Positions 27,961 to 37,733 of a DNA stretch of 64,000 nt are shown here, in pieces (position 1 is the first letter of the stretch; each line of letters starts with the position of its first letter). The notes beneath the pieces were generated by a model, which was given only the letters and a program-made list of their open reading frames with translations, was not told the DNA's origin and did not search any database. A program made the position numbers and the translations under genes. Where the stretch lies: IMG/VR virus record IMGVR_UViG_3300048575_000082, positions 36,916 to 100,915 of that record. One strand, written 5' to 3'. The stretch comes from a virus.

Positions 27961-29295
27961 TTACCGCTTGGTAAGACCGAACGCCTCGCTCACGTCTGGT
28001 GCGCTGGCCCACAAGGAGGACATACGATCGACGTCTGATCCCGCCTTGGGTGCTCCGACTCCACCACCACCGATGCGGCTAACGCCACCCGAGGGGCGCG
28101 TTCCGACCGTGCGGGTCGAGGCGGTGCGAACACTTGCCTGCTTCTGCTGGCCTTGGTCACCCTGCCCCTGGATCTGCTCCTGGGCTTGGGTTTCTTCGTT
28201 GGCGAAGAGGCTCATCAGGACGTCGTCTTCGGGGCCAAGGGCCACGTCGCCGGTATCCATGATGGGGGTCTCAAGCTCAATGCCGAGGTCGTCGGCAACG
28301 GGCTCGGGATTGATCTCGATGTCACCGAGCTGGCTGACCTGCTGTTGGGTCTGGACCTGTTGCTGGGCCGGGGGCACCTGCTGTTGGGTCTGGACCTGTT
28401 GCTGGGCCTGCATAGCCTGCTGGACGGCTTGCTGAACCATCTGGGCGATCTGGTCTTGGCTGACTTGAACCTGCTGGGTCTGAACCTGCTGCTCAGCCTG
28501 CTTCTGGCCTTCGCCTTGATCGTCCTTCTTCTCTTCGTCTTGGGCCATCTTGCCACAAGCCTGGGGACATTGCTGCGCCTGGGCTTGCTGCTGAGCCATC
28601 TGCTGCATCGCCTGGGCGACCGCTTGCTGGATCTGGGCCTGAATGTCTTGCTGCGAGACCTGCTGCTGTTGCGCTTGCTGACCTTGCAGGCTGACTTGCT
28701 GTTGAACGTCGGCTTCCTTCTTCTCGCCTTCGTCCTTCTTCTCGTCGTCCTTCTTGGCCTCGGCCTCTTCCTTCTTCTTCTCGGCGTTCTCCCGGAATTG
28801 AGGGGGCATCTGACCGGCTTCCTTGTCCTGCCCATCATCCTGCTGAGCCTGACCCTGCTGCTCGTCGGCGAGGCGGGTATAGGTCTCGATGAGGTCGTAG
28901 TCAGGGAGGTTCATCAGCGCGGCGGCCTGGTCCTCAATAGCGGCCTCGGTCGCGGTCTTGCGGAGCATGAGAGAGGCGACGCGAACGCAGAGGTTTGCCT
29001 TCTTGATGAGGGTCTCCTCGTCAAGGGCGGCAGTCTTTTCGGGATGGTTGAAGGTCTCGGCGCGGAATTCGGGCATACCGATTTCGTTGCGCGCAACCTG
29101 GCCGCCCTTGTACTCGTCTTCCCACCGATTGGTCTTGTCGACGTCTTCAGCGAAGGACGATGGGGTGCCCGTGGTGTAGTCGGTAGCGCCGGGTTGCTGT
29201 TGTACGTGGTTCTGGTTCATCAGGGTCGGATCCGCCTTACGCTGCATTGCAGCCTGCCGGATCTGGTCTCGATTCCAAGTTGTGCGCTCGCGCAT
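27961..29295 (-). CDS. Putative scaffolding protein (Q/E/K-rich, low complexity)
   Basis: Lies between protease and capsid genes; QQQVQTQQQV repeats; frequent K-x-A motifs. Confidence 0.55.
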   Translation of the reverse strand: MRERTTWNRDQIRQAAMQRKADPTLMNQNHVQQQPGATDYTTGTPSSFAEDVDKTNRWEDEYKGGQVARNEIGMPEFRAETFNHPEKTAALDEETLIKKANLCVRVASLMLRKTATEAAIEDQAAALMNLPDYDLIETYTRLADEQQGQAQQDDGQDKEAGQMPPQFRENAEKKKEEAEAKKDDEKKDEGEKKEADVQQQVSLQGQQAQQQQVSQQDIQAQIQQAVAQAMQQMAQQQAQAQQCPQACGKMAQDEEKKDDQGEGQKQAEQQVQTQQVQVSQDQIAQMVQQAVQQAMQAQQQVQTQQQVPPAQQQVQTQQQVSQLGDIEINPEPVADDLGIELETPIMDTGDVALGPEDDVLMSLFANEETQAQEQIQGQGDQGQQKQASVRTASTRTVGTRPSGGVSRIGGGGVGAPKAGSDVDRMSSLWASAPDVSEAFGLTKR

Positions 29296-29341
29296 GATGT
29301 CACGTCACCTTTCTGCTCTCAGATGGATTATAGAAGGATTC

Positions 29342-30877
29342 TCACGAACCCGCGTCATACAGGCGACCCTTCTGGAGTAGGGTCTTCGACTCAATGTCCG
29401 TGAGGTCTCGCCCAATGTGTTGCTTGCAAGCAGCCAAAAAACGCTGATCATTCCCAAATCTTGCGGGGCCACCAACCGCAAGAATGGTCCGGTAGAGCCT
29501 AGCCTCACCGGCTACAAACCCTCGACGGGCAAATGAATCAACGAACCGAGAGATCGCCAGAAGCTCCCTCCCAGTGAATTGCTGCGCCGCCGTTACGGTC
29601 CGCCAGCCGCCATGCTTGTAGAGCATGAGGCCCTCAAGCATTCGCTTGGATAGGACACGGTTGCGCGTTCCGGCATAGACCACCTTAGCGATCTCGTGCC
29701 AGACGTAGTTACCGGCTGACTTGATCAGCCCGTCATTGGTGCTCTCATCCATGTTGTGGATGCGATTGGCGTCGTCCTTGCCCATCTCACCACGAACACG
29801 CTCGATGACCTTCTCATGCACCGTGTTGACTAGATCATCGACCACCCTCTTGAGGGGGTCTGCAGGAGCCTTGGGAGCCTCTGCTGGGGCGCCTCCTTGG
29901 TCAAACCCATCATCGAAGGCGAGATTGGTTCGAGGGGCACGCGGGGGTGTCAGAAAGAGAGATGCCTCATGGGCAAGCTGCCGGTCCCTCTCAAGGTATG
30001 CGGACGTCGCGCTTGCCGCACGTTGCAGCATTGTAGGGTCTGCTGTGCGGGCCGGTGTAGAGAAGGCTACCTGCACACGCTGTCCGATCCCTGCAATCTC
30101 ATCGGGGGTGAGGATGCTGCGAAGCACCGCCCCGGTAAACGCAGGGTTCGCAACCCAGGAGGCTTCGATGAACTTGACGCTCCCAGGCTCCGCCTCACGG
30201 TGACCACAAAGCTCCGCAATACGACGGCGGTTACCAAGCTCGTCAATCCATTCGTTGCCCTTGAGGTAACGAACGTGGGGGCATAGCTGGGGCTCGTCCG
30301 CCGCAACGTTGCCGCACTTGGTGCAGATGGTGAACTCTACCGAGCACCCCATCGACAGGGTCTGCAAGCGGCCGGTGGTGATGGCGCTGATGAGGTCCCG
30401 ATGCTTACGGTTCGTCGCGACGAGGATATCGATGTAGATCGAGTCACCAATGTCACGGCTTGCCGCATCGATGATCTTGCCCTTCGAAAGCTCCGGGATC
30501 TGGATGTGTTCGACGTAGTTTTCGCCCCCAACGAATGTCTTGAAGCTCGACAGCAAGAGCCGCCGTTCCCAGCAATCGTTGTTGTTGTTGATGTACTTCG
30601 TCGTGTCCGGGGATACGAGCCAATCGGCGTACTTGCGGGTGATCTGGAACCCATCGACCATCTGCCCGCCAAGGGGTGCCTTCGACTCCTCCGTATCCAC
30701 CGACGCAATGATCGTGCAATGTGTCAGGAGGAATTGCTTAGGGTCGTACTCCTCCAGGATGACCTTGTTGGCCGTCTTGGAAAAGACAGGCTGCCCCGCG
30801 CCGCGAAGGCTTGTCCAAGCGTCCGTAGACACCAGGGGCTTGACGACAGCGGCATTGGCGTAGCGTAGGAAGGCCAT
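29342..30877 (-). CDS. Putative prohead protease (HK97/assemblin-like) with Cys-rich insertion
   Basis: YVEH...SKGKI, LSMGC and FIEASWV.NPAF.GA motifs; position upstream of scaffold and capsid. Confidence 0.65.
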   Translation of the reverse strand: MAFLRYANAAVVKPLVSTDAWTSLRGAGQPVFSKTANKVILEEYDPKQFLLTHCTIIASVDTEESKAPLGGQMVDGFQITRKYADWLVSPDTTKYINNNNDCWERRLLLSSFKTFVGGENYVEHIQIPELSKGKIIDAASRDIGDSIYIDILVATNRKHRDLISAITTGRLQTLSMGCSVEFTICTKCGNVAADEPQLCPHVRYLKGNEWIDELGNRRRIAELCGHREAEPGSVKFIEASWVANPAFTGAVLRSILTPDEIAGIGQRVQVAFSTPARTADPTMLQRAASATSAYLERDRQLAHEASLFLTPPRAPRTNLAFDDGFDQGGAPAEAPKAPADPLKRVVDDLVNTVHEKVIERVRGEMGKDDANRIHNMDESTNDGLIKSAGNYVWHEIAKVVYAGTRNRVLSKRMLEGLMLYKHGGWRTVTAAQQFTGRELLAISRFVDSFARRGFVAGEARLYRTILAVGGPARFGNDQRFLAACKQHIGRDLTDIESKTLLQKGRLYDAGS

Positions 30878-31614
30878 TAGACGCCTCCACCTGCAAGGCG
30901 CTGCTCAAGAGCGTCCAAGAGGCGTAGACCTGCCTCCGGATTCTTGTGTAGCATCGCCGTGATCTTGCGCACCGTGGCGGCAAGAATGATGGGCTCATCG
31001 GTTTCATACGCCTCGCCCCCCGGAGGTACCGCCCCAATGGCGCTCTCCGCGATGACCCGGAAGAACCGTAGCGACTCGTTCCGAGCCTTCACGATCCCCT
31101 TGATGTCAACCCGGAGCTGCTTGAAGACCATGACGAGGGCGCTTAGGACGATGCTCATGTCCGATCCGAACACGATCTGGTCCATGGGGGCCTCGGCAGA
31201 ATCCTCAAGGTCCCGTGCTCCCTCTAGCATGTCACGCGTCCCGATCAGGACATCCCGCATGGCGAAGGTGACCTTACCGAGAACGGAGGGGGAGAAGTCC
31301 TTGAAGTTGTAGTACCTCTTCGTGGCTCGATTGACGATCTCACCGGCATCTGCCAGGGCCGCCTTGAACCCGATGAGGTCCATCCCGAACGCCTTTGCGA
31401 TGAAGAACATCTGCTGGAGCGTGTCTTGGAGGGCCAAGGCGAAGATCATGAATTGATCAGTGGTCTTCTTTCCCCGATACTCCGCCCAAGCCGTCGCAGC
31501 TCCCTTACCGGAAACCAGAAGGGCTCGGGAGGCACGCTGAACGATGGCTAGCTTGCCCGTGCTATCGAGAGGAATCTCATCTGCGGCTGTTCGCGCGTAT
31601 GTGTACATCACCAC
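30877..31614 (-). CDS. Hypothetical helical protein
   Basis: 245-aa ORF; TAATG coupling to the protease gene. Confidence 0.5.
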   Translation of the reverse strand: MVMYTYARTAADEIPLDSTGKLAIVQRASRALLVSGKGAATAWAEYRGKKTTDQFMIFALALQDTLQQMFFIAKAFGMDLIGFKAALADAGEIVNRATKRYYNFKDFSPSVLGKVTFAMRDVLIGTRDMLEGARDLEDSAEAPMDQIVFGSDMSIVLSALVMVFKQLRVDIKGIVKARNESLRFFRVIAESAIGAVPPGGEAYETDEPIILAATVRKITAMLHKNPEAGLRLLDALEQRLAGGGV

Positions 31615-32327
31615 TCCACAGGAGCGCCGTCCGGCCCTAGCAAGTTGTCACGCTTGAGCAGGAATAGGCACTTGGGGCAAGCGAAGAGCCGGGCACGAGA
31701 GCCCTTCTCCATCTTGTAGGTTGTCTTGCGCATAGCCTTGCCGCACTTCGGACAAGCGGGGCGCTTGGCAAGCAGCTCCTCTTGTGTCACCCGGAATTGA
31801 CGATTCTGGGCAACCCAATAGGCTGCCGAACGGTGCGCAAAGGCTTGGATCCGCATCTCGGTAGCGTTCCGGGCAAGCCGGTAGAACTTCGCCACCTCAT
31901 TGCGGAGGATTTCGTCGTCGACGGTGTTACCATAGCGGTGCCACAATTCATCGTAAGCCGCGACCTCATCGGCCGTCTTCGCCCAAAGGCTCGACAGGGC
32001 TACGTAAAAGGGGGCTGGAAGGACATCCGTTCGCCATAGGCGCCCAAGGTTGGCCGCCTGCCTCGCCATCGCGACGTCGTATCCTGCGTAGTAGGAGAAG
32101 TCGAGGGATGGGGGGAGGTACTTGGCGAATTGGGGGTTGACCCTGACGATCTCTTCCGCCGACATACGCTCATTGCCGTAGGGCCATTGTACGTCGACGT
32201 AGCCGATGCCCTTATGTACCGCTGTGACCCGACCGACGAAGGGGGAGAGGTCTCCATGCACGGGGGCAAACCGTTGAACGGTGTCCCCGGGCTTGAAGTC
32301 CTTGACCAGCTTCCAAAAGTCGATCAT
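31608..32327 (-). CDS. Hypothetical protein (SH3-like N-terminus, C-terminal zinc ribbon)
   Basis: FKPGDTV...GRVTAV...VDVQWP; CPKC...CPKC. Confidence 0.55.
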   Translation of the reverse strand: MIDFWKLVKDFKPGDTVQRFAPVHGDLSPFVGRVTAVHKGIGYVDVQWPYGNERMSAEEIVRVNPQFAKYLPPSLDFSYYAGYDVAMARQAANLGRLWRTDVLPAPFYVALSSLWAKTADEVAAYDELWHRYGNTVDDEILRNEVAKFYRLARNATEMRIQAFAHRSAAYWVAQNRQFRVTQEELLAKRPACPKCGKAMRKTTYKMEKGSRARLFACPKCLFLLKRDNLLGPDGAPVEW

Positions 32328-32345
32328 AGGTCGTCACGCACCTGT

Positions 32346-35300
32346 TCAGGGCGCCAGGGGGCGGCCGGTGGTGGATTGTCCGTGGTTGACGGCGGAGGTC
32401 TGGTCATCCTTGTAGGCGCTCATGTAGGGCTCATCAGCGTCGGTCTGGATAGGGGCCATGGGGTTCTTGAAGGTGTCCATGTAACCTTCGTCCGCATCGC
32501 GCTGGATGACTTCGGCTTGACGGCGCTGGAAGGACGCCTCACCAAAGGATCCCACTTCGACCTCGTCAGCGACGCGGTCAAGGTCATTCACAATCGCCTT
32601 GGCGACTTCGAAGGGTATGCCCATCTGAGCATACTTCTTCTCGATTTGCCCGGCGATGTGGTCGAGACGGGCGAGGACGGTGTCAGCGGTCTTGGCAGCG
32701 AGCTTGATCGACATGTTAGCCTCACGTTGGATGTGTGCGTTCTGCTCCCCTCCTGGATTATAAGCAGAAGTTGCAACCGTCAGGAGCGTCCCTGTGTTGC
32801 CAACCCCAGCCAGGCGGCGGAGAAGATCTTCGTAGACAGGGGGAGGGAATCCCACCGAATAGAAGCCATCCTTGGTTGTCCGGATGGCGAGATCAAGGGC
32901 AGCGCGAAGCTGTGCGTCACGCGGGGCGCCCTCATAGTTTTCCTTGAGCACGGTTTGCTGTAGCCAGCTACGCGCCTCCTTGAGGATGAGGTCAAGGTCG
33001 GCAGCCGTAATGTCCCGCTGCTGTGCTTGGGTCCACGGGACGTAGGCTTCATTGGTGTGGTAGGGTGCGATCCCGTTGTAAACAGCGGTCTTCATTGATG
33101 TCCCCCGGGGATAAATGAAATCGCCGGTCTTGGTCTTCTTAGCCTTCTCGGCCCGCATACGTGCCTCCTCCTTAGCTGCTTCAAGGCGCTCCTTACGGGC
33201 CACCTCAGCCTCAAGGCGGGCTTGTTCCTTGCGGGCCTTCTCAGCCTCTGCGGCCTCCGTCTTGGGATCCCAGAGGGTCTTGCGCACCTTGTCAATCTCT
33301 GACTCGTCCGTGAGGTTCTGAACGTAGCCAAGCGGCATCGGAGGCTTGGGAGGCTCCCTCGGCTCAAGCCCGAGATCAGGCATAACGGGAGCCTTGGGCG
33401 GGGTCATATCAAGGGCGGGCAACTCGTGGAGCTTCTCCCGGGTAGGGCGCTCAATCTGTGCGACCTCATAGTACATCTGAACGTTGTGCTTCCATTCAGC
33501 GAGGTCGTTCTCGTACTGCTCCTGCTCCTTATCGAACTTCTCCTTGGCCTTCGCTTGAGCCTTGTCGTACTTGGCTTTGTCCCGCTGCCACTGCTTGAAG
33601 TCCTTGACGTATTGGGGGTAGTCCTTCTTGTACTGCTCAGCATCCCGAGCCGCCATCTCGTCACGAACAACGCGGTACTTGTCAGGGTCGACCGTCTTGA
33701 GCCTTGCCAAGACCCGCGTCTTGAAGGCCCGAGCCATATCGTGCTGGATCGCGTCTGGCGGATAGCTCTTGGCACGTTCCGCGAAGAACTTGTCCGACTT
33801 GAGGAGCCCATTGATGATCTCTTTCGGGGTGCTGTGCTCCGTGAATGAGTCATCTGACCCTGACGATAGGAACTTCTCCTTTGCCAGGTGATAGTCATTC
33901 GCCTGGTAGTAGGATGTGATGAGACGGGATACAGCGGAGTCATCCGTCCCACATAGCTTGAAGGCAGCGCGGATCTTGCCCTCTGAAATCTTGGTCAGCT
34001 TACCCGAGGAGAGGGCCTGCTCAAACACGTCGTCAGCCGCCTCCTTAGCCCGCTTGTCGCGTTCTTGGGAGGTCTCTGCGGGGTTGTGTCGCAGGTGAAA
34101 GTCAGCCACGCCAAGGGCCAAGTCCGGGGGGATACCCGCCTCCCCGAATGAATCAACCATCATGTCCCTGGCAATGAGACTCTTCGTGAACACCTTCATC
34201 CGGTGTTGCTGCATAGCAGCAGCCTTCTTATCGGGGTCCAGATTGTCGAATGGGACCCCCCCTACCAGTGTAGGGGGGCGGACAGCGAGAGGATCCAACG
34301 AAAAGGACCCTCGTGCATCCTGAATGAAGCTCGCCCGTGACGAGGGCGTCATCGGATGTTTGAGAAATGCGGTGTGTTGCTTGACGATCTCCCGGATCTC
34401 ATTCGGATGGAGGTTGGCCGCCGTTATGTCACCAATCATGTGAAGCGGAAGGTTATCCATCGCTTCACTCATGGCTTCATCGTAGTCTTCCTCCGTATAG
34501 TCCTCCTCCGGGGGTGGTGGGGCGCCTTCCGGGATCTTGGTCTTCTTCTCGGGCTTGGCTTCTTCCTTCGGAGCAGCGTCGCTCTTGGGAGCCTCGCTCT
34601 TCGGGGGCTCTTCACTCTTGGGCGCCTCGCTCTTGGGCTCATCACCCTTGGGGGCGTCGCTCTTTGGGGGAGCCTCACTCTTGGGCGCCTCGCTCTTGGG
34701 AGGTGCTTCGCCCTTGGGGGGCTCCTCACTCTTAGGTGGTTCGGAACTCTTGGGAGCCTCCTCACTCTTGGGGGGCTCCGGGTTCTTAGGCGCGTCTCCC
34801 TTGGGGGACTCCTCACCCTTGGACTCTGCGCCTTTGGGGGGCTCCTCGCTCTTGGGAGCTTCGGCCTTCGGCGCCTCCTTGGGCGCGGGGCCTGCCGATC
34901 GGGCGGCCTCAAACAGGTCCTTAATGGTCTTGAGACCCCCGGGGAACTCACGATTCCCAAAAAGGGCCGTCAGAGGCATGTCCGGGCTATCCTCGATGGC
35001 ATCCTTCAGCTCGTTTTTCGGATTCGCGAACTGCTTGAGGACCTTCGATAGGATGGGGTCTTTCTTGGCTTGATCATATAGCTCTTTACCCGCCGCTGCA
35101 TAGTCAGCCTCACCCTTCGGGGCTTCCTTGTCCTTGGGGGCGTCTTCGCCATTCGGGGCTTCGGGCTTGCCCTCGGATTCCGGAGCCTCGTGCTTATCCG
35201 CGTCGTAGGGCTCGTACTGGCCCGGATTCTCCTTGAGCGTCCGGGGGCTCACCATGACCATGACCTTGTCGGTTTTGTTCCAAGCCGGAACGCGCTGGTC

Positions 35301-35516
35301 TTGACTCAAGCCTAGAAAGCGGCGCGCCACACGGGCCGCCAGGGAGGCATCCTTGTCGGCGTCCCTGTCAGGATCGTCTTCCTCAACACGCTCCCGGCGT
35401 AGGTCATGCCGGGGCGGCTTCTGCTTAGGGGCCGGACGGACGAGGCGCTCTGCCTCGTCTTGATCACGCTCGTAGTTGTCCTTGGTCGCGGTGCGCATGT
35501 GACCAACCCGATTCAT
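32346..35516 (-). CDS. Large multi-segment head-region protein (about 1056 aa)
   Basis: Start moved to MNRVGHMRTA because the track start overlaps the portal; RVARRFL tag; P/K/E repeat; internal Met starts at 33095 and 32714. Confidence 0.6.
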   Translation of the reverse strand: MNRVGHMRTATKDNYERDQDEAERLVRPAPKQKPPRHDLRRERVEEDDPDRDADKDASLAARVARRFLGLSQDQRVPAWNKTDKVMVMVSPRTLKENPGQYEPYDADKHEAPESEGKPEAPNGEDAPKDKEAPKGEADYAAAGKELYDQAKKDPILSKVLKQFANPKNELKDAIEDSPDMPLTALFGNREFPGGLKTIKDLFEAARSAGPAPKEAPKAEAPKSEEPPKGAESKGEESPKGDAPKNPEPPKSEEAPKSSEPPKSEEPPKGEAPPKSEAPKSEAPPKSDAPKGDEPKSEAPKSEEPPKSEAPKSDAAPKEEAKPEKKTKIPEGAPPPPEEDYTEEDYDEAMSEAMDNLPLHMIGDITAANLHPNEIREIVKQHTAFLKHPMTPSSRASFIQDARGSFSLDPLAVRPPTLVGGVPFDNLDPDKKAAAMQQHRMKVFTKSLIARDMMVDSFGEAGIPPDLALGVADFHLRHNPAETSQERDKRAKEAADDVFEQALSSGKLTKISEGKIRAAFKLCGTDDSAVSRLITSYYQANDYHLAKEKFLSSGSDDSFTEHSTPKEIINGLLKSDKFFAERAKSYPPDAIQHDMARAFKTRVLARLKTVDPDKYRVVRDEMAARDAEQYKKDYPQYVKDFKQWQRDKAKYDKAQAKAKEKFDKEQEQYENDLAEWKHNVQMYYEVAQIERPTREKLHELPALDMTPPKAPVMPDLGLEPREPPKPPMPLGYVQNLTDESEIDKVRKTLWDPKTEAAEAEKARKEQARLEAEVARKERLEAAKEEARMRAEKAKKTKTGDFIYPRGTSMKTAVYNGIAPYHTNEAYVPWTQAQQRDITAADLDLILKEARSWLQQTVLKENYEGAPRDAQLRAALDLAIRTTKDGFYSVGFPPPVYEDLLRRLAGVGNTGTLLTVATSAYNPGGEQNAHIQREANMSIKLAAKTADTVLARLDHIAGQIEKKYAQMGIPFEVAKAIVNDLDRVADEVEVGSFGEASFQRRQAEVIQRDADEGYMDTFKNPMAPIQTDADEPYMSAYKDDQTSAVNHGQSTTGRPLAP
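34540..34880 (-). repeat. Coding tandem repeat (KSEAPK/KSEEPPK/KGEAPPK units)
   Basis: Recurrent ctcttggg/ggggggct units on the plus strand; boundaries approximate. Confidence 0.75.
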
Positions 35517-35526
35517 AGGCAGAATC

Positions 35527-37335
35527 TCAGAACCGGCCCTCCTCTTGGGGCTCATCTTTGACCTTGAGGCCGAGGTACTTGGCCATCTTGTCGAGGATGT
35601 CGGTCTTCTCTGCCAGCATTCGGCCAATCTCACCGTAGAGCGACCGGATGACCTCGTTGAAGGTCGAGTCGTTGACGGTGAACATGTCCTTCTGGATCTT
35701 CTCTTGCGTATCCATCGGGTCGAGATTGAACATCTCGAGAATGACGTCGACCGAAACGCTGCCCTTCGTGTAGAGGTTGTAGAGCGCGTCGAAGGTGTCT
35801 TGGCTGTCACGTAGGGGGAGCCGCGTGAAGCTGAGGCGCGGGTAAAGCACTACCTCTTCGCCCCACTTGTTCTTCTCGACAAACCCCTTGCGGCGGGCAA
35901 CGGGCTCGAAGAGGTACTTCTCAACGTACTCCTGAATGACCTCACGGAGGAAGAGGTATCGGGTGTTGATGACTTCGAGCTTGAGACGATCTCCTGAATA
36001 GAGGGCCTCGCCGCTCATGAGGCTCTCGGTCACACCGAGGCCCGAAAGAAGCTGACGCTCCGTCTGCTCGTACTCCCCGGAAAGGTCAAGAAGCCGATCG
36101 CGGCTGCTCTGCTCTTCCCAGTGAATCTCGTAGTTCGTGACAATCGAATAATCAGGGTCGACAAGGGACAGGTCGACCTGCTCACGAAGGTCCTCTGTGT
36201 CCATATCCGAAAGGCCCTCCGCCCAAACAAGGCGTCGGGGGGTCATGGCCCGGCTGGCGATCTGGGTCTGAGCTTGGCGGAGCTTGTCACGGTAGTAGAG
36301 GACCCGAAGGCATCGGTCGAGGATGCTGTGGCCAAGGGCCTCATCCGCCCCATGGCGGGCCTTGAGGTGATAAACGAAGCTCCCCTCATCGGGATCCGTC
36401 CCAAGGGGGATGAGGTTGCCCAGCTCAAGATGCTCACGGACCTCATCGGGGATCTCTTGGACCATCTCCATGGCGACCGGGTCGCCCATCTTGGCTTGCT
36501 CAATGAGGGCGCGATCGTTCGAGGAGGGTATGAGATTGACCTTGACCTTGTCCGTGAAGGAGAAGGTCTTGACATCGACCTGGTCAATGGGGAGGATGAT
36601 AAGGCGCTCCCACCCCTGGTAGTGCTTCTGATAGTAGGCAAGCTCGGCATCCTCGCGATCGGGGCGCTCAACCCAATTCTCGATGTGGCGCTCTTCGGCG
36701 CCACGTGCCTCGGTGTAGACCGACTCAACGGAGATCTTGCGATCATAGCCGATATTCTGGGGGACCTCGACGGTGCTATCCTCGGCGAAGAAGTGCACGT
36801 TGCCGTCAAGCCAGTAGTGGTGGACGCCCGTGATGAGCCTCTGGAATAGCTTGATCCGGTCACACATGCGCTGGAAGAAGAAATGGATGTACTTGCCGTA
36901 GTCATCCGGGCTTTCGTAGCCCTCGGGGCAAGTCGTAGGGCGCGGCGGCGCGAGGCGAACCTTTGAGAGAGGCAGCTCCGTGTGGAGGTCAATGGCTTGA
37001 CCTACCAGCGGCTCGCTGTTGTAGAAGTGACGGTAGATCTCGCGGCGTTCACGCGCGCTTTGCGGTAGCTCGAGGAAGTCGGTTGAGAGCTGGGGCGAGA
37101 AGAAATTCGACGTCCCGCTCATCGTGGTGTTGGCGCCTGCCAAGCTCTGCGTCGGGAAGCCGTAGGAGCTAGCTTCCTTCTGCATCTTGGCGATACGCCT
37201 GACTTCACGCTCCTTGGGCGTGAGCCCTGTTGTGCTGGCACCCTTGGACATGTAAGGGTTACGCGATGTGGGGCGGACGGTCACAAGTGACTCACCGTCG
37301 ATGTGATGCGGCACATTGGTGATCTTGTTAGGCAT
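35527..37335 (-). CDS. Portal protein
   Basis: About 600 aa in the terminase-to-protease block; helical segment ...RHFYNSEPLVGQAIDLH... typical of portals. Confidence 0.7.
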   Translation of the reverse strand: MPNKITNVPHHIDGESLVTVRPTSRNPYMSKGASTTGLTPKEREVRRIAKMQKEASSYGFPTQSLAGANTTMSGTSNFFSPQLSTDFLELPQSARERREIYRHFYNSEPLVGQAIDLHTELPLSKVRLAPPRPTTCPEGYESPDDYGKYIHFFFQRMCDRIKLFQRLITGVHHYWLDGNVHFFAEDSTVEVPQNIGYDRKISVESVYTEARGAEERHIENWVERPDREDAELAYYQKHYQGWERLIILPIDQVDVKTFSFTDKVKVNLIPSSNDRALIEQAKMGDPVAMEMVQEIPDEVREHLELGNLIPLGTDPDEGSFVYHLKARHGADEALGHSILDRCLRVLYYRDKLRQAQTQIASRAMTPRRLVWAEGLSDMDTEDLREQVDLSLVDPDYSIVTNYEIHWEEQSSRDRLLDLSGEYEQTERQLLSGLGVTESLMSGEALYSGDRLKLEVINTRYLFLREVIQEYVEKYLFEPVARRKGFVEKNKWGEEVVLYPRLSFTRLPLRDSQDTFDALYNLYTKGSVSVDVILEMFNLDPMDTQEKIQKDMFTVNDSTFNEVIRSLYGEIGRMLAEKTDILDKMAKYLGLKVKDEPQEEGRF

Positions 37336-37723
37336 TGACTAGATCCTCCCCGAAGAGTTCGACCATGTCGTCATTTGGGGGAAGAAGCCCTCTAGGGGCC
37401 TGACGTTGAATCGGAGGCTTGTTCTCCTTGGAACGGGCGTCCTCTTCCCGTGCAACCTTCTCGAGGGTGGACGCGACCACACGACACGGCGTAGTCGTCC
37501 GCCTCAACCCCTGATCCACCATCCCTGCAAAGCGTGTCCAAGTGTTTGCGTACATCAGGTAGGCTGACGACACGTCCGAGGGGGCGCGTCGTGCATACTG
37601 ATGAATCGAACGGGACAGCTCGTAGATTCGACGGGCATCCTGCTCCATACGATCGCGGATCGCATTGATCTCGTCGATCGCGGCGCGGGGTTCCATCAGG
37701 GAGGGGGTTGTGGGGTTTCTCAT
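37328..37723 (-). CDS. Hypothetical protein
   Basis: 131-aa ORF overlapping the portal start. Confidence 0.45.
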   Translation of the reverse strand: MRNPTTPSLMEPRAAIDEINAIRDRMEQDARRIYELSRSIHQYARRAPSDVSSAYLMYANTWTRFAGMVDQGLRRTTTPCRVVASTLEKVAREEDARSKENKPPIQRQAPRGLLPPNDDMVELFGEDLVNA

Positions 37724-37733
37724 CTACATCTTC

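Noticed and set aside
26208-29403. Long plus-strand ORFs (26208-27893, 28153-29403) and many similar ones elsewhere
   Set aside because: They are antisense shadows of codon-biased minus-strand genes in GC-rich DNA and carry no recognisable motifs.
35517-35810. N-terminal extension of track ORF 32346-35810
   Set aside because: It overlaps the portal C-terminus and looks like off-frame sequence.
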